NCBI GenBank assembly: GCA_030704615.1
Contig: CM060734.1
Location: forward strand, 806,001 to 870,000
Direction of reading: 5' to 3'
Origin: Takakia lepidozioides
Lineage: Eukaryota > Plantae > Bryophyta
DNA length: 64,000 nt
Positions 48,747 through 61,705 of this stretch are shown one piece after another. A program made the translations under genes and the position numbers. Each line of letters opens with the position of its first letter. Within the stretch, counting starts at the first letter, position 1. A model generated the notes under the pieces. That model searched no databases and had not been told where the DNA came from. It was given only the letters and a program-made list of their open reading frames with translations.

Positions 48747-49160
48747 TTACTGACATTCGAAATCGTCCTCCACGTCCTTGTCTTCTGGCTCCACCTCCTG
48801 TTGGCGCACCACAACATCCGTTTGGGTTCCGGAAGATGAACCAGACTGCAGAGGGGCAAGGATACTGTTGTACAGGTCCGAGTCCCCCTCCATGCCAAAT
48901 AGACTCCTCCCACCAGTCTTGCAGGCACGGTAGCTAGCACCTACCATAAACAATTCATCATTCCTTCAAGTCATTGCTCAAGCACTGCGAGATACGTGAA
49001 CGAAAACACAATCGGGAAATGGCGAGAAGAACGACGAACCTGTCCCAAGTGATAGATCCACCAAGCTCCGTCAATGCTGCAACACTCTATAAGTGTCTGC
49101 ATGAATGCAGGGCTTCGCTCCCTGGCACCTCTCCACACCAATCCTCACTTTAGTCCAACA
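48747..49160 (-). pseudogene. SAM-binding C-terminal module of an N6/N4 DNA methyltransferase-like protein (module 1), intron 48941-49039
   Basis: WRGARERSPAFMQTLIECCSIDG..VDLSLGTG/ASYRACKTGGRSLFGMEGDSDLY, with one frameshift. Confidence 0.78.
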
Positions 49161-52100
49161 AACAAGTCCAGCTTCGTGTTCCTTTCATTAGCTTGGCATT
49201 AACTATCTCATCTTTCCTAAATGATAGCTGAACAATTGTTACCCTGAGTGGGATCATTTCTCCTACCAAAACCTGAGACAAGTCATACCACAACAGACCT
49301 GAGGCCCTCTACTAGGTGTGAGGACGAACAATAAGAATGGGAGAGAACACACTTGTGGAAACAAAAAACCTATGACGGCTACCTGATTATTGCTCCTCAG
49401 CCATTCATGTGCATGACTGTTGAATACAAAGAAGGAAAAAATCATAATAAGGACAGTCTACAAGCTCTCAATGACTTAGGGTTTATTCACCCAGAAATCC
49501 AATACTTCTATGCTAAACTGACAAGGCAAAGTAACGCATTTTGAGTATAACTGCCAAAACACAGCATTACTGAAGCTTTAAATAACAGCACATGTACTTC
49601 CCCAATCTTCCTACAATTGCGTCAACAGGATGCCATCGCACCTTGTCAGAAACAGCTCTTTCATTGAGTCAATGCCAATTGATGCATGCCGCTTCCCTCC
49701 CTTTGACGTCACCATCCCTACACCAAACATGCTCACCATGTACAGTAATAGTCCCAAACTGTTGAGAAGCTTGTATACAGTCGTATTTCTTCTAGACAAT
49801 CTATTGCTGAGCGACAGGCTGCTCAGCTACATATCTATCATGGTGGCAACAAAATGTACTTGGAAAATCATTCCACACCTGAAATAGAGACACAGGCTAA
49901 ACCCTGAACCGTGAAGGGCAATCGAGAATAAAACTGACAGGCCCTACACCAGTGTGACAACCCATTTAGCCAGATTCTTTAACTAGGTGCTGGGCAACTT
50001 CAACTTCCTGGAGGAGATCTTGTAGAGGATCCTGAACTATGTCATTCCAGCCCAAACAACTAGGTCTCTTTTTCTCTAGCTAAATTACAGAATTCAACAA
50101 GCAAATTCAGGGACGAGTCTGATGAGAGGGCAAAACAGGCTGAAATAGGTTGAAGAAGAAGGTGCCCTCACCACATTGTCCTCGACTGTTCCACCATTGA
50201 CTGTGGGTGGAAACGTGTTCATTCCATAGCTTCTCCTCGTCTCTGTTATCTGTTCTTCGATACTTTCATGTGGCCACATTGGCAGTAACATGTCAAAATC
50301 ACTCCAAAACCACCATACATCCACCAACGAGCTAACTTGCAGAATTCAACCTGAAAATTTAGGGCCGACTCTGAAAACAGGGAAACATTCATGTCCACTT
50401 CCACACACAGTGTCACTACCCACTTATCAAGGTACAAGTCCTCTACTTCTCTGCCAACGAAGACGTAATCTCCACACAGGTACCCCCTATGGCTCCTCCT
50501 CCCCCTCGCAGATCACTTTATTTTCTCATATGCTGTTATACTCCTCTTCCATGAAGGGGCTCCCTCACCTCCATGTGTACACGCTGCCTATTACCCTCGA
50601 TTATTTCCATCACACTCCCCAAAACTGGTCTCCTGCTCTCACCAGACCAAGTCAATTGTTCCATAACACTGTTTCCCCTTTCAATCACACTCTTTGTTTC
50701 CATACCGGTCTTTGCTGCTGTTTCAAACACATGCCATGCCCAGACTTGCATCTGTATTCACAGTTTTGTGCCCAGCCTTTGTCCCCTGATTTCCCCACTA
50801 AGTTACACCCCTTGAGCCCTATACAATATTCTAACTCTCATCTGTTTCTTTCAGGCACAGTCTCGAACAAGGATCACTCAACATCCTATACCCACTATTC
50901 TCCAGATTCCAGGACATATCGACCTCACTTCTTCCACACACTTACACACAAAGACTACTCCCATTTCATGATTTTACACCATTATTTTTACTCCATGCCA
51001 CTGCTCCATGACTATCTCAAAATTTATCATTATCATTATCACTTTCATCGGCTCCCCGATGCATATCATTCATCCTCTTTTCGTCGTCGCCTATCAGATC
51101 CTTCTCATCCATACATTACTCGTCGTCCCTTCCTAGATAATTATCATCCACTTTCCAGTCAATACTATGCACAACTCCTCAGCCAAGATCCGCCTGCCCA
51201 AGTTATATCAAGGCTATACACGCACTCCAAACATCCCAAGCCCAAACCCCCCCACAATAGCCTAATATTACCCATCCAATCCTCCTCATGGACTTATATC
51301 ACACATCTCATTTGTACACTTCCTCACTCCTCTGTCACTAATTCCCAACATTCTGCCAAATCCTTACCAATCCCCCGCATGCTTGTAACTCTGCAACCAC
51401 ACTCCGCCAAATCGCCTTTCATAGTGTGCTTGCCCATAACCTCTCATATGCTGCTCCCCCTACCCTCTTCCCCAAACCCTCTACTGAAAGACACACATCA
51501 AGGACCATCCCATAACCCCCCGCCACTCCTATTCCATCCTCCCCCACCGACAAAAAAACACATCGTGTTTGCAAAATACACGCTTACATCCCAATCCCCC
51601 TCGCTTTCATTCTACTCAACACCTCACTTCCTCACATCTTACCCTGGCCAATGTATTTACCAAAATGCACAAGCTGTATTAAATATGTGGCAGCCTCACT
51701 ACACCATCCCTCTCTCCCAAAGTATCATTCCTTGTCTTAGTGCTCGTACAAGGCCACAACACCTGGCCAACATTTTGTACCTCCGGCCACTTTATTCAAC
51801 ACAGATGTTCTCTGTACACATAATCAAACTTAGAAACCACCACCCTCTAAGCAGATCACAACCCCCGACCCTCAATATGTCTCTCCGCCCACTGTACCCC
51901 ACACAACTCCTGGGTCTCTCTAGATCCAATATACGGATCACTGTATGAGCAGCAGATCCCAATCCACGCCGGGCTTTATGTATTCATATGAGCCCAGTCA
52001 TACCCACCCCCATCGCTACAATGGATTTTCTGCTATGATACCCGCTAATACAACCCGCCAGTCTTCCAACTCATGTAGCACCCCACAACATCTTATCACC

Positions 52101-52734
52101 CACTCCTTGATCGCCCATTGTATCGGGATATTACGCCTCCGCAGACTGCCACCCCGAGACCTCCCGTCACATGGCACTCCACGAGCCTGGTGTCACCTGA
52201 CACTACACCCCAAACCCAGAATAGCATCAGTCCTGCTGCATACTCAGTTCCATAAATCCCTACATCGCTTTGCCCCAGCCACCAACCACCCTGTCCACTC
52301 TCACTTCATGATAGTCTCTGCCCCACAGCCCCACCCTATCCCACCACTCCACGTAATCGTCATATTAATGACCCACATCAGATCCCCTACAAATTGGCCT
52401 CCCACCCCTCCTCAAAACGCTCACAGCCACTCCCAATCTCTCTTCATGCCGTCTCTCTTCATCTCTTCTCCCCCACAGTGCACATCACCCACTCAGCACT
52501 CGTTGCCTCCATCTTCCACATATTAGTACAATCCCTTGCCAATCTCCCTCACCCCCATTGCCCCCCTCTACAGGCCCTCGACTCCGCATGTCTAGCTCGA
52601 AGATAGGCAGTGTCCAAAAACGTGCTGGAAGCATTCACAAACAGCCTCGCTCTAAAACTAGTATAGAAACCCGTAGTAAGAAAGCTAGCGCCCGCGCACT
52701 CTCCACACCTCGCTTTGCTACCAGGAAACAACAC

Positions 52735-53980
52735 ATGGAAGGCGACGATGACATGGAGTTCCACCAAGACGGCGACATGGACGTCAGCGATATGCACCCC
52801 TCCGACGAGTTATTCTTTGCTGAGGACAACGCTCTTCGCACACGCTCCACCCAGAGCCCAGCACCGACCAATGCCAAGCCAGCCCCCGCAGGCCGTGTCA
52901 CCCCGCCACCACCATCCTCGTCATCGCCAGAGAGACTGCTCAGGCCAGCCACTGACGGCCTAGCTCTCCTGCGCGACAACCGCGCCTTTGACATGACAAT
53001 GGCCTCGTGGGGCCACTGCAAGGTAAGATAGAGAAAGCGTTTGACTTCCCTACATCATCTGACCATCTCTCACTCTACCTGGCGTGTGAATCCTTACTAG
53101 GGACAATTGGCAGCAAACTGACCGCTCATATCATCATGGAAGCCTACCAACACGGCGACGAGTTCGAAGTCCAACATGTATACAAAGCAGACCCGTATAC
53201 AAGATTCTGCCTCATCTACCTAGTTGCCGAGGACACAAGGCAGCGGATGCTGCAACAAGGTGTCCGAGTCAACCACACAGTCATCAAGCCACAAGTTCGT
53301 ACCCGCAGGACCAGCATGACAGGGATTACTACCACCCCCCAGGAGATCATTGCAGAGCGCGATGTCCTTACATTGGTGGTCAAGAACCTAAACCCCTCTC
53401 CACACGCAATCCGCCACTGAAGCTGCACTCCAAGGTATCATCGGCAAAGGCAACGTTGCACATATCCATTTCGGCAAAATCTCTAGGTCAGAGAAAACTA
53501 AGCACACGGGACTGACCCTCATCACGTGTAAAAACCCGAGTATCTACACTCAATGGTGTAACAGCCCTCATGTTTTAGTAATAGACAGATATGTTGAGTT
53601 TGAGCCCCATACAAACAGCCTGTACGGATCTGAACCCCCAGCTACAGAAATCCTCGAGCGACTGCGTGTTGCCAACATTAAACAGGCATGGGCGGATACC
53701 GTTCAATCTATTAGCTTCAAAGCTGCCTCGAACCACACGAAAGGACATGATACTATGATAGCGGAGATTGACAAAAGACTAGCTGCTCATGCCATATCCA
53801 TCAAGACAGACATCAAAAAAGATCTGGCGGCCATGGAGTCCAGGGTTGCCCTCACCATGTCAACCCAACACGAAGCACACCACAAATATCTAGTCTCGCT
53901 TCAGGAGGATAACCTCGGAGCCAACCCGGACAGTTTCTACCACCATGCGAACAGGGTTCTAGCCAAGCTGCCCCCACCCC
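52735..53980 (+). pseudogene. LINE ORF1 (internally deleted, frameshifted)
   Basis: Homologous to 15651-17800. Confidence 0.8.
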
Positions 53981-54643
53981 TGCGAATCAGAGTGGGATTC
54001 GAAGTATTGGTTACATGCCTCAGGAATGGGAGAGATGATAATGAGGGAGAAGATGAGACACTGTGTAGGAAAGGCTGCGAGTTTTTGGGTAGCCTGGGAG
54101 AGTGTTGGATGTTTACAAGTAGGAAGACCAAAAGTGGAGATGTGTTGTGTGGGTGTGGGGCTGGTGGGTTGTGTTTTAGGGAGAAAGGGAATGAAGTGGT
54201 CGTAGATGTGTAGGTAGTTATGCGTAAGCAATATGGTGTCTGGTTGAAAGTATAGAGCATACCTCTCTCGGGGGTCCAAGGGTAGCTGTTTAATGATATC
54301 TGCGATGGTGATAGGTCATGAGTTTGGGTGTATGTCGCCACAGCGTCATAATATAAGTGTTGTGCAGGTGTTTAGGTATGCATTATTTTGTGAGGGGGGG
54401 GGTGATGATAATAGTGCTTAGATTTATTGAGGTATTGATGACGTCTGTCGTGTGGGTTGTGGCTTAGAATACTTAAGTTGTGATATATTAGGTTAAATAA
54501 TATGAAGAGGTTAGGGCTTGTATAGCGTGGGTGGGATATAGAATTGGTGGTTTGAGGGTGAGTACGAAGGGTTGTGGAGCTAGTGGTTAGTGAGTGGATG
54601 GGGGATATATATTGGGAGTAAGTTAGGCATAGGTTTATAGGCA

Positions 54644-56959
54644 TTCCCTCTTATCACAACTACAACGACTACCTCCACACCCACTTAACTACCAGGCCCC
54701 TCCCCACTACTTATCAAAGACCCACTCCTCCCTTAACATCTTGCACTTTTGGATCACCTCGCAACAGTCCTCCCAACCCACCAAAAACACCATCTCACCT
54801 CCGAAAAATTCCCATTTCTCTATGATAACATTCTTTCGGCCACACTCCGGGCAGTCACCCCACTACCTGGCTATGAACCCCCTATAGTCACATCATCCAA
54901 AACACCCCCACCAGACCCCCCATCTACCTATACCCCTCCCACCCCCAGTCAACGCGCTAATGACCTTACCATTATCTCTTGGAATGTAGGGTCCCTGGCT
55001 ACTAGTATACAAAGCCTCCTTCACCTCTTCACTGAATCTTTCCAGCCGCACATCTTCCTTCTGCAAGAAACCAAGCTTCATACCACTAACACCAGTAGCT
55101 CTTACATAAATAAACTACTACCAGATTACTTCATCCTGTACCGGATCCCCGCAACGGCCCAACAAAGTTTGTCGCGGAGATCCGCACCTTACAAACCCAC
55201 CCATGGTGGGCTCGCACTAGGGATTCTCCACACACACACCACTCCCCCAGCACCACCACCAAAATAACCATACCTCTCCCCCTCCGCTCACATCTACAAA
55301 TCATCCAACTACACCCCCCCTCTCTCTGCCCCATAACCCTCATACACTTATACATGCCCTCCCTGGAAGACCTCCCCCTTATACCTGACATTCTTCATAC
55401 CATCTCCCAAACTATCACCCACACGGACGTTCAACACCACCATGTCATCCTTGCAGGCGACTTCAATCGAGATATTGCAATGACCGGCCACTCATACAAC
55501 GGAACCCACCAACCCCCATCATCAGTGGACCATGAATGGACCCGCTTTACCCAACACCTACAACTTCAATACATCCCCTCCGACCATCACTATTCCAGGC
55601 AAGGCAGTCTTAATTACTCATCATTAAGCCTACTTGATGGCTTTTACCTCAAACCTAACAATACTATACCATCCTACCTTACGAGCCATGTTCATATCCA
55701 AAGCTTATGCAACTCTGACCACTACCCGGTCTCCATCTCTCTTCCCCCATCCTTTGTCCCCTTCCGACCCCTCCCGGATGTCCTTACCCCACCCCCGCAG
55801 CCTCGAATCCTTTCTCCCATACCTCAGTGCAATATCAAAGCTTTCCAAAAACACTTTCACCAAGCCTTGACAAACTTTATACACAAGGTATCCCCAATAC
55901 TCTCAGATACCAGCCTTTCCCCTGCCACAACATGGGCCACAATCGAATCCATACTCACCACCACAATGCAAGAGATGACAAAAAATGTATTAGCAACATG
56001 CTCCTCTCCCCCGGACCTCCCCCAAACTCCACGCTCCAAACTAAATAGCGGCTACCTCACTCGTACCCAAAAACATGAATGGACTCGACACCTCAACATC
56101 TATCATTCCATTAGGCGTGCCCTCTCCATCACTCCTACTTGCCCAACCCCGTCATACAACAACTGGCAAGCCAACCCACATATTACTGCCAAAAAACTGC
56201 ATATGCCATCACAAAACAAAAAGCCACCGAAAACCACAAAAAAATTTGTTACTTCCTTTGGGAAGTTACTACACGACCACCCCAAGAGAGCCCACAAAGC
56301 CATCTTCAACCCAGACGTTAACCCGCCCATCGATTGCATCAAACATAGACCTAACACATGCTAACCAAACCCGAGGATATCAAACATGAAATCTGGCTAC
56401 AAGCCTCCACCTCATACACTCCCACGGTTATAAATTGCTTACACCTGGACAAACACAAACCCAACTGTATATGCAAAGTAAGGCACTACCCATGGCATGA
56501 TCTTGACGTCTTCTCGCTTGAGAAGCGAGGTCACCCGACGACCAACATTTTTTACCCCGGACCTATTTAACTCATGTTTAAAAGCCCTTTCCAAATCAAA
56601 AAGCCCCGGGCCCGGACCTCATCCCTAATGCCATTTTACAAGCACTTGACCCCCAGTTCCACTCTCTCCTCTTCAAATTTTTTCAACTCTGTTATCTACT
56701 TCAACGTATCCCACTTTCCTGGAAACATAGCCGGCCCATTCTACTATTCAAAAAAGGTGACTCCACGGATCTCAGCAACTATAGACCCATTGCCCTATTT
56801 ATAGACCCATTGCCCACCCACAGTGATGGCGGTCTGGAGAGACAGGGCAAGTCTAAAAGGCAGAAAATAGGGCAGGCAGTAAAGATTATTTACCCTAACA
56901 AGGATGTTGTCTAATTATGGAGAACAACACCAGATTCTAAGTGACCCCCAAGAAGGGTT
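54644..56959 (+). pseudogene. LINE ORF2: APE endonuclease and RT N-terminus
   Basis: ORFs 54749-55267, 55354-56364 and 56358-56570 plus downstream frames with APE/RT motifs. Confidence 0.9.
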
Positions 56960-57584
56960 TGTTGAGCGGCTTTTACTCACCCATCCCTTAGCTATCCGAG
57001 GTGGAAACTCCAAGATAGAAGAGTTGGATATCTCTAAGTACTCCTCCCGCTCAGAACAATCAGTCATGACCTACAGCTAGTGTATCATGGGGGTGCTTTC
57101 CTATATCTATTATTTCTTGCATTCATGTTTAGTAAGTTACTTTACTGCCTAGGTTTAAGTATCAGATTGCTTCTGCAATCTACCATGTTCCATCTACTTA
57201 AGCATTCATTCCACAGCTTCACTCAGTTCTCTCTACACAGTGTGTATATGAAATAGGAATCATATTAATATCTATCAAGTATCAGGCCAAAGCCATGGTG
57301 TCTCTATTCTGCCCTACAGTACATCTCTACAGCTTGCATGTATCAAGCAACATCAGATCATCTCTCCTCCTCCGTGTACTCTCCATCTCTATGCTCCAAG
57401 ATCGTACTCTCCCTGTGATGCCAGAAGCGATCCAAGAAGTGATCCGTTCCCCCTCCTTCCGCTGGCTCTTCACCTGCAAGCTATAACTGTCTAACTGTGC
57501 CTCTAACCGCCAGTCAGCTCGTAACTACACTGTGTCCCCGCTGGTGGTGTTCCCGCCTCCTATTCCCCGTCTGTGGTAACAGCG

Positions 57585-57775
57585 CTTGTGACCTGTGTCG
57601 AGTTGTGACCGCACAGTCATGAAGCACCACAGGTTGTCACACCCTGTGACTGTGACCTATGACGTGTGTTGGGTTGTGATCACACAGTCATGAAGCACCA
57701 GAGGTCGTCACACCCTGTGACTGTGACCTGTGATCTGTGTCGGGCTGTGATCACACAGTCATGAAGCACCACAGC
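57585..57775. repeat. 71-bp tandem repeat, about 2.7 copies
   Basis: CACAGTCATGAAGCACCA at 57612, 57683 and 57754. Confidence 0.9.
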
Positions 57776-59299
57776 TGCGCAAAAATTAGGGGTACCCACA
57801 CCCGATTCTGCCTAAGTCCCAGACAGCCCTATAACATTATCCCTCCCTCTCCAAAAAAGCCGTGCCCTCACGGTTAATGTGTGGGGTCTTCATACCTTGG
57901 TGAACGGGCACCTTTTTCGTGGACGAGAGTCGGTGCGAGGGCTTAGAGTTTTAGCCCGAACTGCATCTGTCCATGGCGGAGATGGCTGTCTGCTGACTGG
58001 AGCTGATTGTCCTGGCCTAATATAGTTGGGAAGCCCTTCAGGAATGGAAGAACTTTTCCTTGCTCTGTCATCCATGACCTGTTCATACTGCTCCGCCATG
58101 TCCAACACATCTTTACTGGACGAACCCGAGACATGGGGTGCCTTCGCATTATGCTGGCCCTTCTAGCTCCTGTACTGAACTAATAGGTCCATTGGCATCC
58201 CATCAATGCCTACCATGTCTGGAACATTGTCAAGACAAGCTCTGTCTACTTTCTTCCAAGCCAGAGCAGTATATGTGTGCAGTGCACCCTCCGTGTAATT
58301 GGGTGGTTTGTGGAGATGCTTGGAGGTCTCAAGCCATTGTCTGGCCATCTGCCTCTTAGGAAAAAGATGATTATGATCCCAGAGAATCTGTCTCAGGTGA
58401 TCTTTGAGCTGTCTGAAACCAAGACCGGAGCTGTGTGTCATGCTGGAGCACAGGATGCCTTGGCGTGAGCGCAGCCAGGCTCACGCCACGTCACCAGCTG
58501 ATTCGCCACATCACCGCTCGTGCATGCCACGTCACCGCGTTCCCATCGCGCCGAGGAAGAAACAGAGTGTATTTCCACGGTATAGCACCCTTCACCGCGG
58601 GAAACAGAATGTGGTCATTCCCCACTGAAAGCGTCAGATGAAGGTAGGATGGATGAACAAATAATGGATGAAATTTGGATGGATGAATATGAACAATGCA
58701 AAGAATGGATGAATGGGCATTGGATGAATATGAAATGGATAAATGTTAAGTGGATGATTTTGTAATGGATGAATGTGCTGTGGTTGAAAATGTCATGAGT
58801 GTGTGGGGTTGATGGGATGTATTCATGAATTTGAATGCTCCTCCAGGACAAGTGGAGAATCTATTACATTTTCTATTATGCCGGAATAAATCAGATGCAG
58901 TCGGATCAATTCAAACTTACATTATGAGTTCAAAAAAAGACCATAAAAACTACGAAGGTCAATATGACTCCGAGTCACTACAATCTATCCCCGCCTCCTC
59001 TGCATCCAAGTCCAAGAATTTCATAACTCCTGAACTACGATGTCTACGGCAGTTATCAAACAGCAAGGGGTCAGGGGATGGAGCCTCAGCATGCGAAGTG
59101 CATTGCTTTGGCATACACAGGAAGCACAAAACTGTGGAGGGGGCTGTCATATGCAGTCTCGTCACTTATTTTCTTCACTGCTGAAGACCCATAGCTGCCT
59201 TTCCTACATGCCACAATAAGAAAAATGAAACTACTCATAAGATGAAGTTTGGGTATAACATTGAACCCAAAAATGAATGAGAAGTCAATGGCAGACTTA

Positions 59300-61147
59300 C
59301 TCACATGAAAAGTCGTTGTCGACCTGCTTATCTTCTGGATCCTCATCATTCCGGATTTAAATGTTTTCAGTCTGTGTGCCTGACGTAGAGCTAGACAGAA
59401 GGGGGAGGAGCACACTCTTGTATAGGTCAAAGTCACCCTCCATGCCAAAAAGGGTTCTTCCGCCTGCCTTGCACGCATGGTAAGTTGCTCCTGCCCCAAA
59501 CAGGAGGACATGAACAGGTTGGACCTCGGGGGGGCATATACGAAGATGAAACTAGTGAAAGAAAACCAAATCTGAAGGCCGAGAACGAACCTGTGGATAC
59601 TGAGAGGTCGATCACCCGTGCAGAATGGTGGCTGCATGACTCCAGGAGTGTCTGCATGGTTTTCTCCTTTGCACCTCTCCAGAGACTGTCATCTGGTCTC
59701 TTGAGAGTATGACTGGACTGCATGAAGTTGTACAACATGTCATCGACATGCGGCTCATACGAGGGGTTGGTGAAACACCCCTGGTCAGAAATCTCAAAGC
59801 TGCGGACGGAGGATGATGTCTTTGAGGTGCGAATCCTCCATAGGTAGATCGCCTCGAACATCCTCGTCTGGCAAAGACTGAAGGTTAGGGTGCCAAACAC
59901 AAATAATTATAGAAGTTTGTAGATTGAACGAACAAAACATAGGCATGCAACAAACTGATCTGTCAAGTATTTGTGATGATCGGTGCCGATCATCACAGAT
60001 TCTTCAAGAATTACGCTGCAGAGAACACTGAAACGCAGCATGAAAGCATAATGAGGAGGGAGGCATCATATCAGCTGTCCAAGACAACCCCCTTTCACAA
60101 GGTAGAGGATGTTCACACAATTCCATGTGCACAGAACTTCAAACCCAGAGGACTTCAGGTATGATGCCAATGCCCGACAACTAACCTTGTCACATGACTG
60201 AAAGAGCAGAAGTGTCCCTGCATCAGAAAGGAAATTATTGCAGAACGCGAACACCCAACTCCAGTAGTTGTCATCGAATTTGTTCCAGCTTGGCGTCTTG
60301 CCCTTTGGAAAAACGTCTGAAACAGCCTGGCCATCCGGGATGTCAAGAATGACCATGTCAGCAGCAAACGTTTTCTGCACACCGCACACGAAGGAGGGAC
60401 CAGTGCTCACCTGCGACAGATATGTTCAATTTGAGAACGAAGAGAAGAATGTTTGAAAGAAACAAAGATCAATACTGCCAATGTCACTTACAAATGCACA
60501 GGAAAGAAAGTGAAATTCCCACCAGATTAAGGAAAGAGATCATGTTATCCCAAGTAGGCGAAGACACCCAATAATGTATCCTTTCTTCCGACTCTCCATT
60601 ATCGCTAGCCATCCCTCATTGACAATCTTAATCTCCCCTGCCAAATCAGCACGGGAAGGGTGTGGCCTGACATCGAACACGCACTGAATTGTGCGGGTAT
60701 ACCTCCCGGCGGTGAACTCCTTCTCCTTCTCCTTCTCCTTCAATTTGTCTTTATCCTTTGTCTTCGCAGGTGACTTGGCTATGCCATCAGAATCCTTTGC
60801 ATCCTTGTCTTTGGTCTTGCCCCCCCCCCCCCCCCCCCCTGGGTTGTTTCCTGCGCGTCCGGCTCCTTGGCAGCCAATGCTACTATGTTTTTTTGGTACT
60901 CCTCATCGTTCAGAGGTGCCAGCATCTCAGCATGATTGTTCAAATATTTCATTTGCTGCTCTTGAAACGTCGTGTGCTCAGGAGGGCAGTCCAGGTACCA
61001 ACCACATCCCTGAAGTGTGCAGGACTCCAGTCCCTCAATATCCCTGCAGTGTACATGGTTGGATCGTTGCCAGGGTCCGACCACATGTCGAGATAATCAG
61101 GGATACCGCTGAGGTGATTTCCATCCATAAGCACATTATTTGTGTAC
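59300..61147 (-). pseudogene. Intron-containing beta-class N6A/N4C DNA methyltransferase-like gene
   Basis: ADMVILDIPDG (motif IV-like, 60333-60344), PSWN, FLSDAGTLLLF, WRGAKEK..TLLESCS..RVIDLSVSTG/ATYHACKAGGRTLFGMEGD; intron 59491-59590; in-frame stops present. Confidence 0.78.
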
Positions 61148-61383
61148 CTGCAAACCATGAAACAAAACCCAACCACCAAAGCGTGAAGTCAGAAAGAAGT
61201 TCGGTGGCGACAATCACATTCCTGAAAAAGAGTACGTTTCATGGATATGCAAACCAGTACACTGGATCCAGACAGCAGTACTACAGAATGAAATAATCGA
61301 CCAAGAAAATGAGGTTACAATTTACAAACCACTTGCTTTCCTGTGTATTCTGCAGGGAAATTTCCCTACCGTATTAGAAAGCA

Positions 61384-61705
61384 ATCTCTCTCTATAGAAG
61401 CCCACAGCACTCAAAGTGAATATCGGCACCGACATTCAAAACATTCCTATGAATAACACTGCCTAAATTGCCAATGTGCCCTACAAAACGTACAAGAAAT
61501 CTCTCTCTATAGAAGCTCACAAGCTCTGGATATGATGGTCAACACCGACATTGACAAAATTCCTGTCAAGAACACTTCCAACACAGCCTAAGTTCCTTAA
61601 TCCATGTGAATGAAATATCTATTTGTAGAAGCTCACAACAATGGAAGTGATTGTCGGCACCGACATTCACTTCTTATCAGTGAAGAACTCTGCAAACAAA
61701 GCCTA
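61384..61705. repeat. Three diverged ~116-bp tandem units
   Basis: ATCTCT..TAGAAGCTCACA...CACCGACATT recurs near 61384, 61498 and 61616. Confidence 0.75.

Larger units (their letters stand above)
50440..56959 (+). mobile_element. LINE family 1, copy 2: long C/A-rich leader, ORF1, inverted 2A segment, APE and start of RT; 3'-truncated; 5' boundary approximate
   Basis: ORF1 52735-53980; IISWNVGSL, LLQETKL, LAGDFN, LLDGFY, SDHYPV; KSPGPDLIPN, NYRPIAL, QILSDPQEGF. Confidence 0.88.

Noticed and set aside
57890-58441. Possible gag remnant on the minus strand, with a nearby LTR-like block from ~56960
   Set aside because: No diagnostic motif, paired LTR or PBS that I can support.
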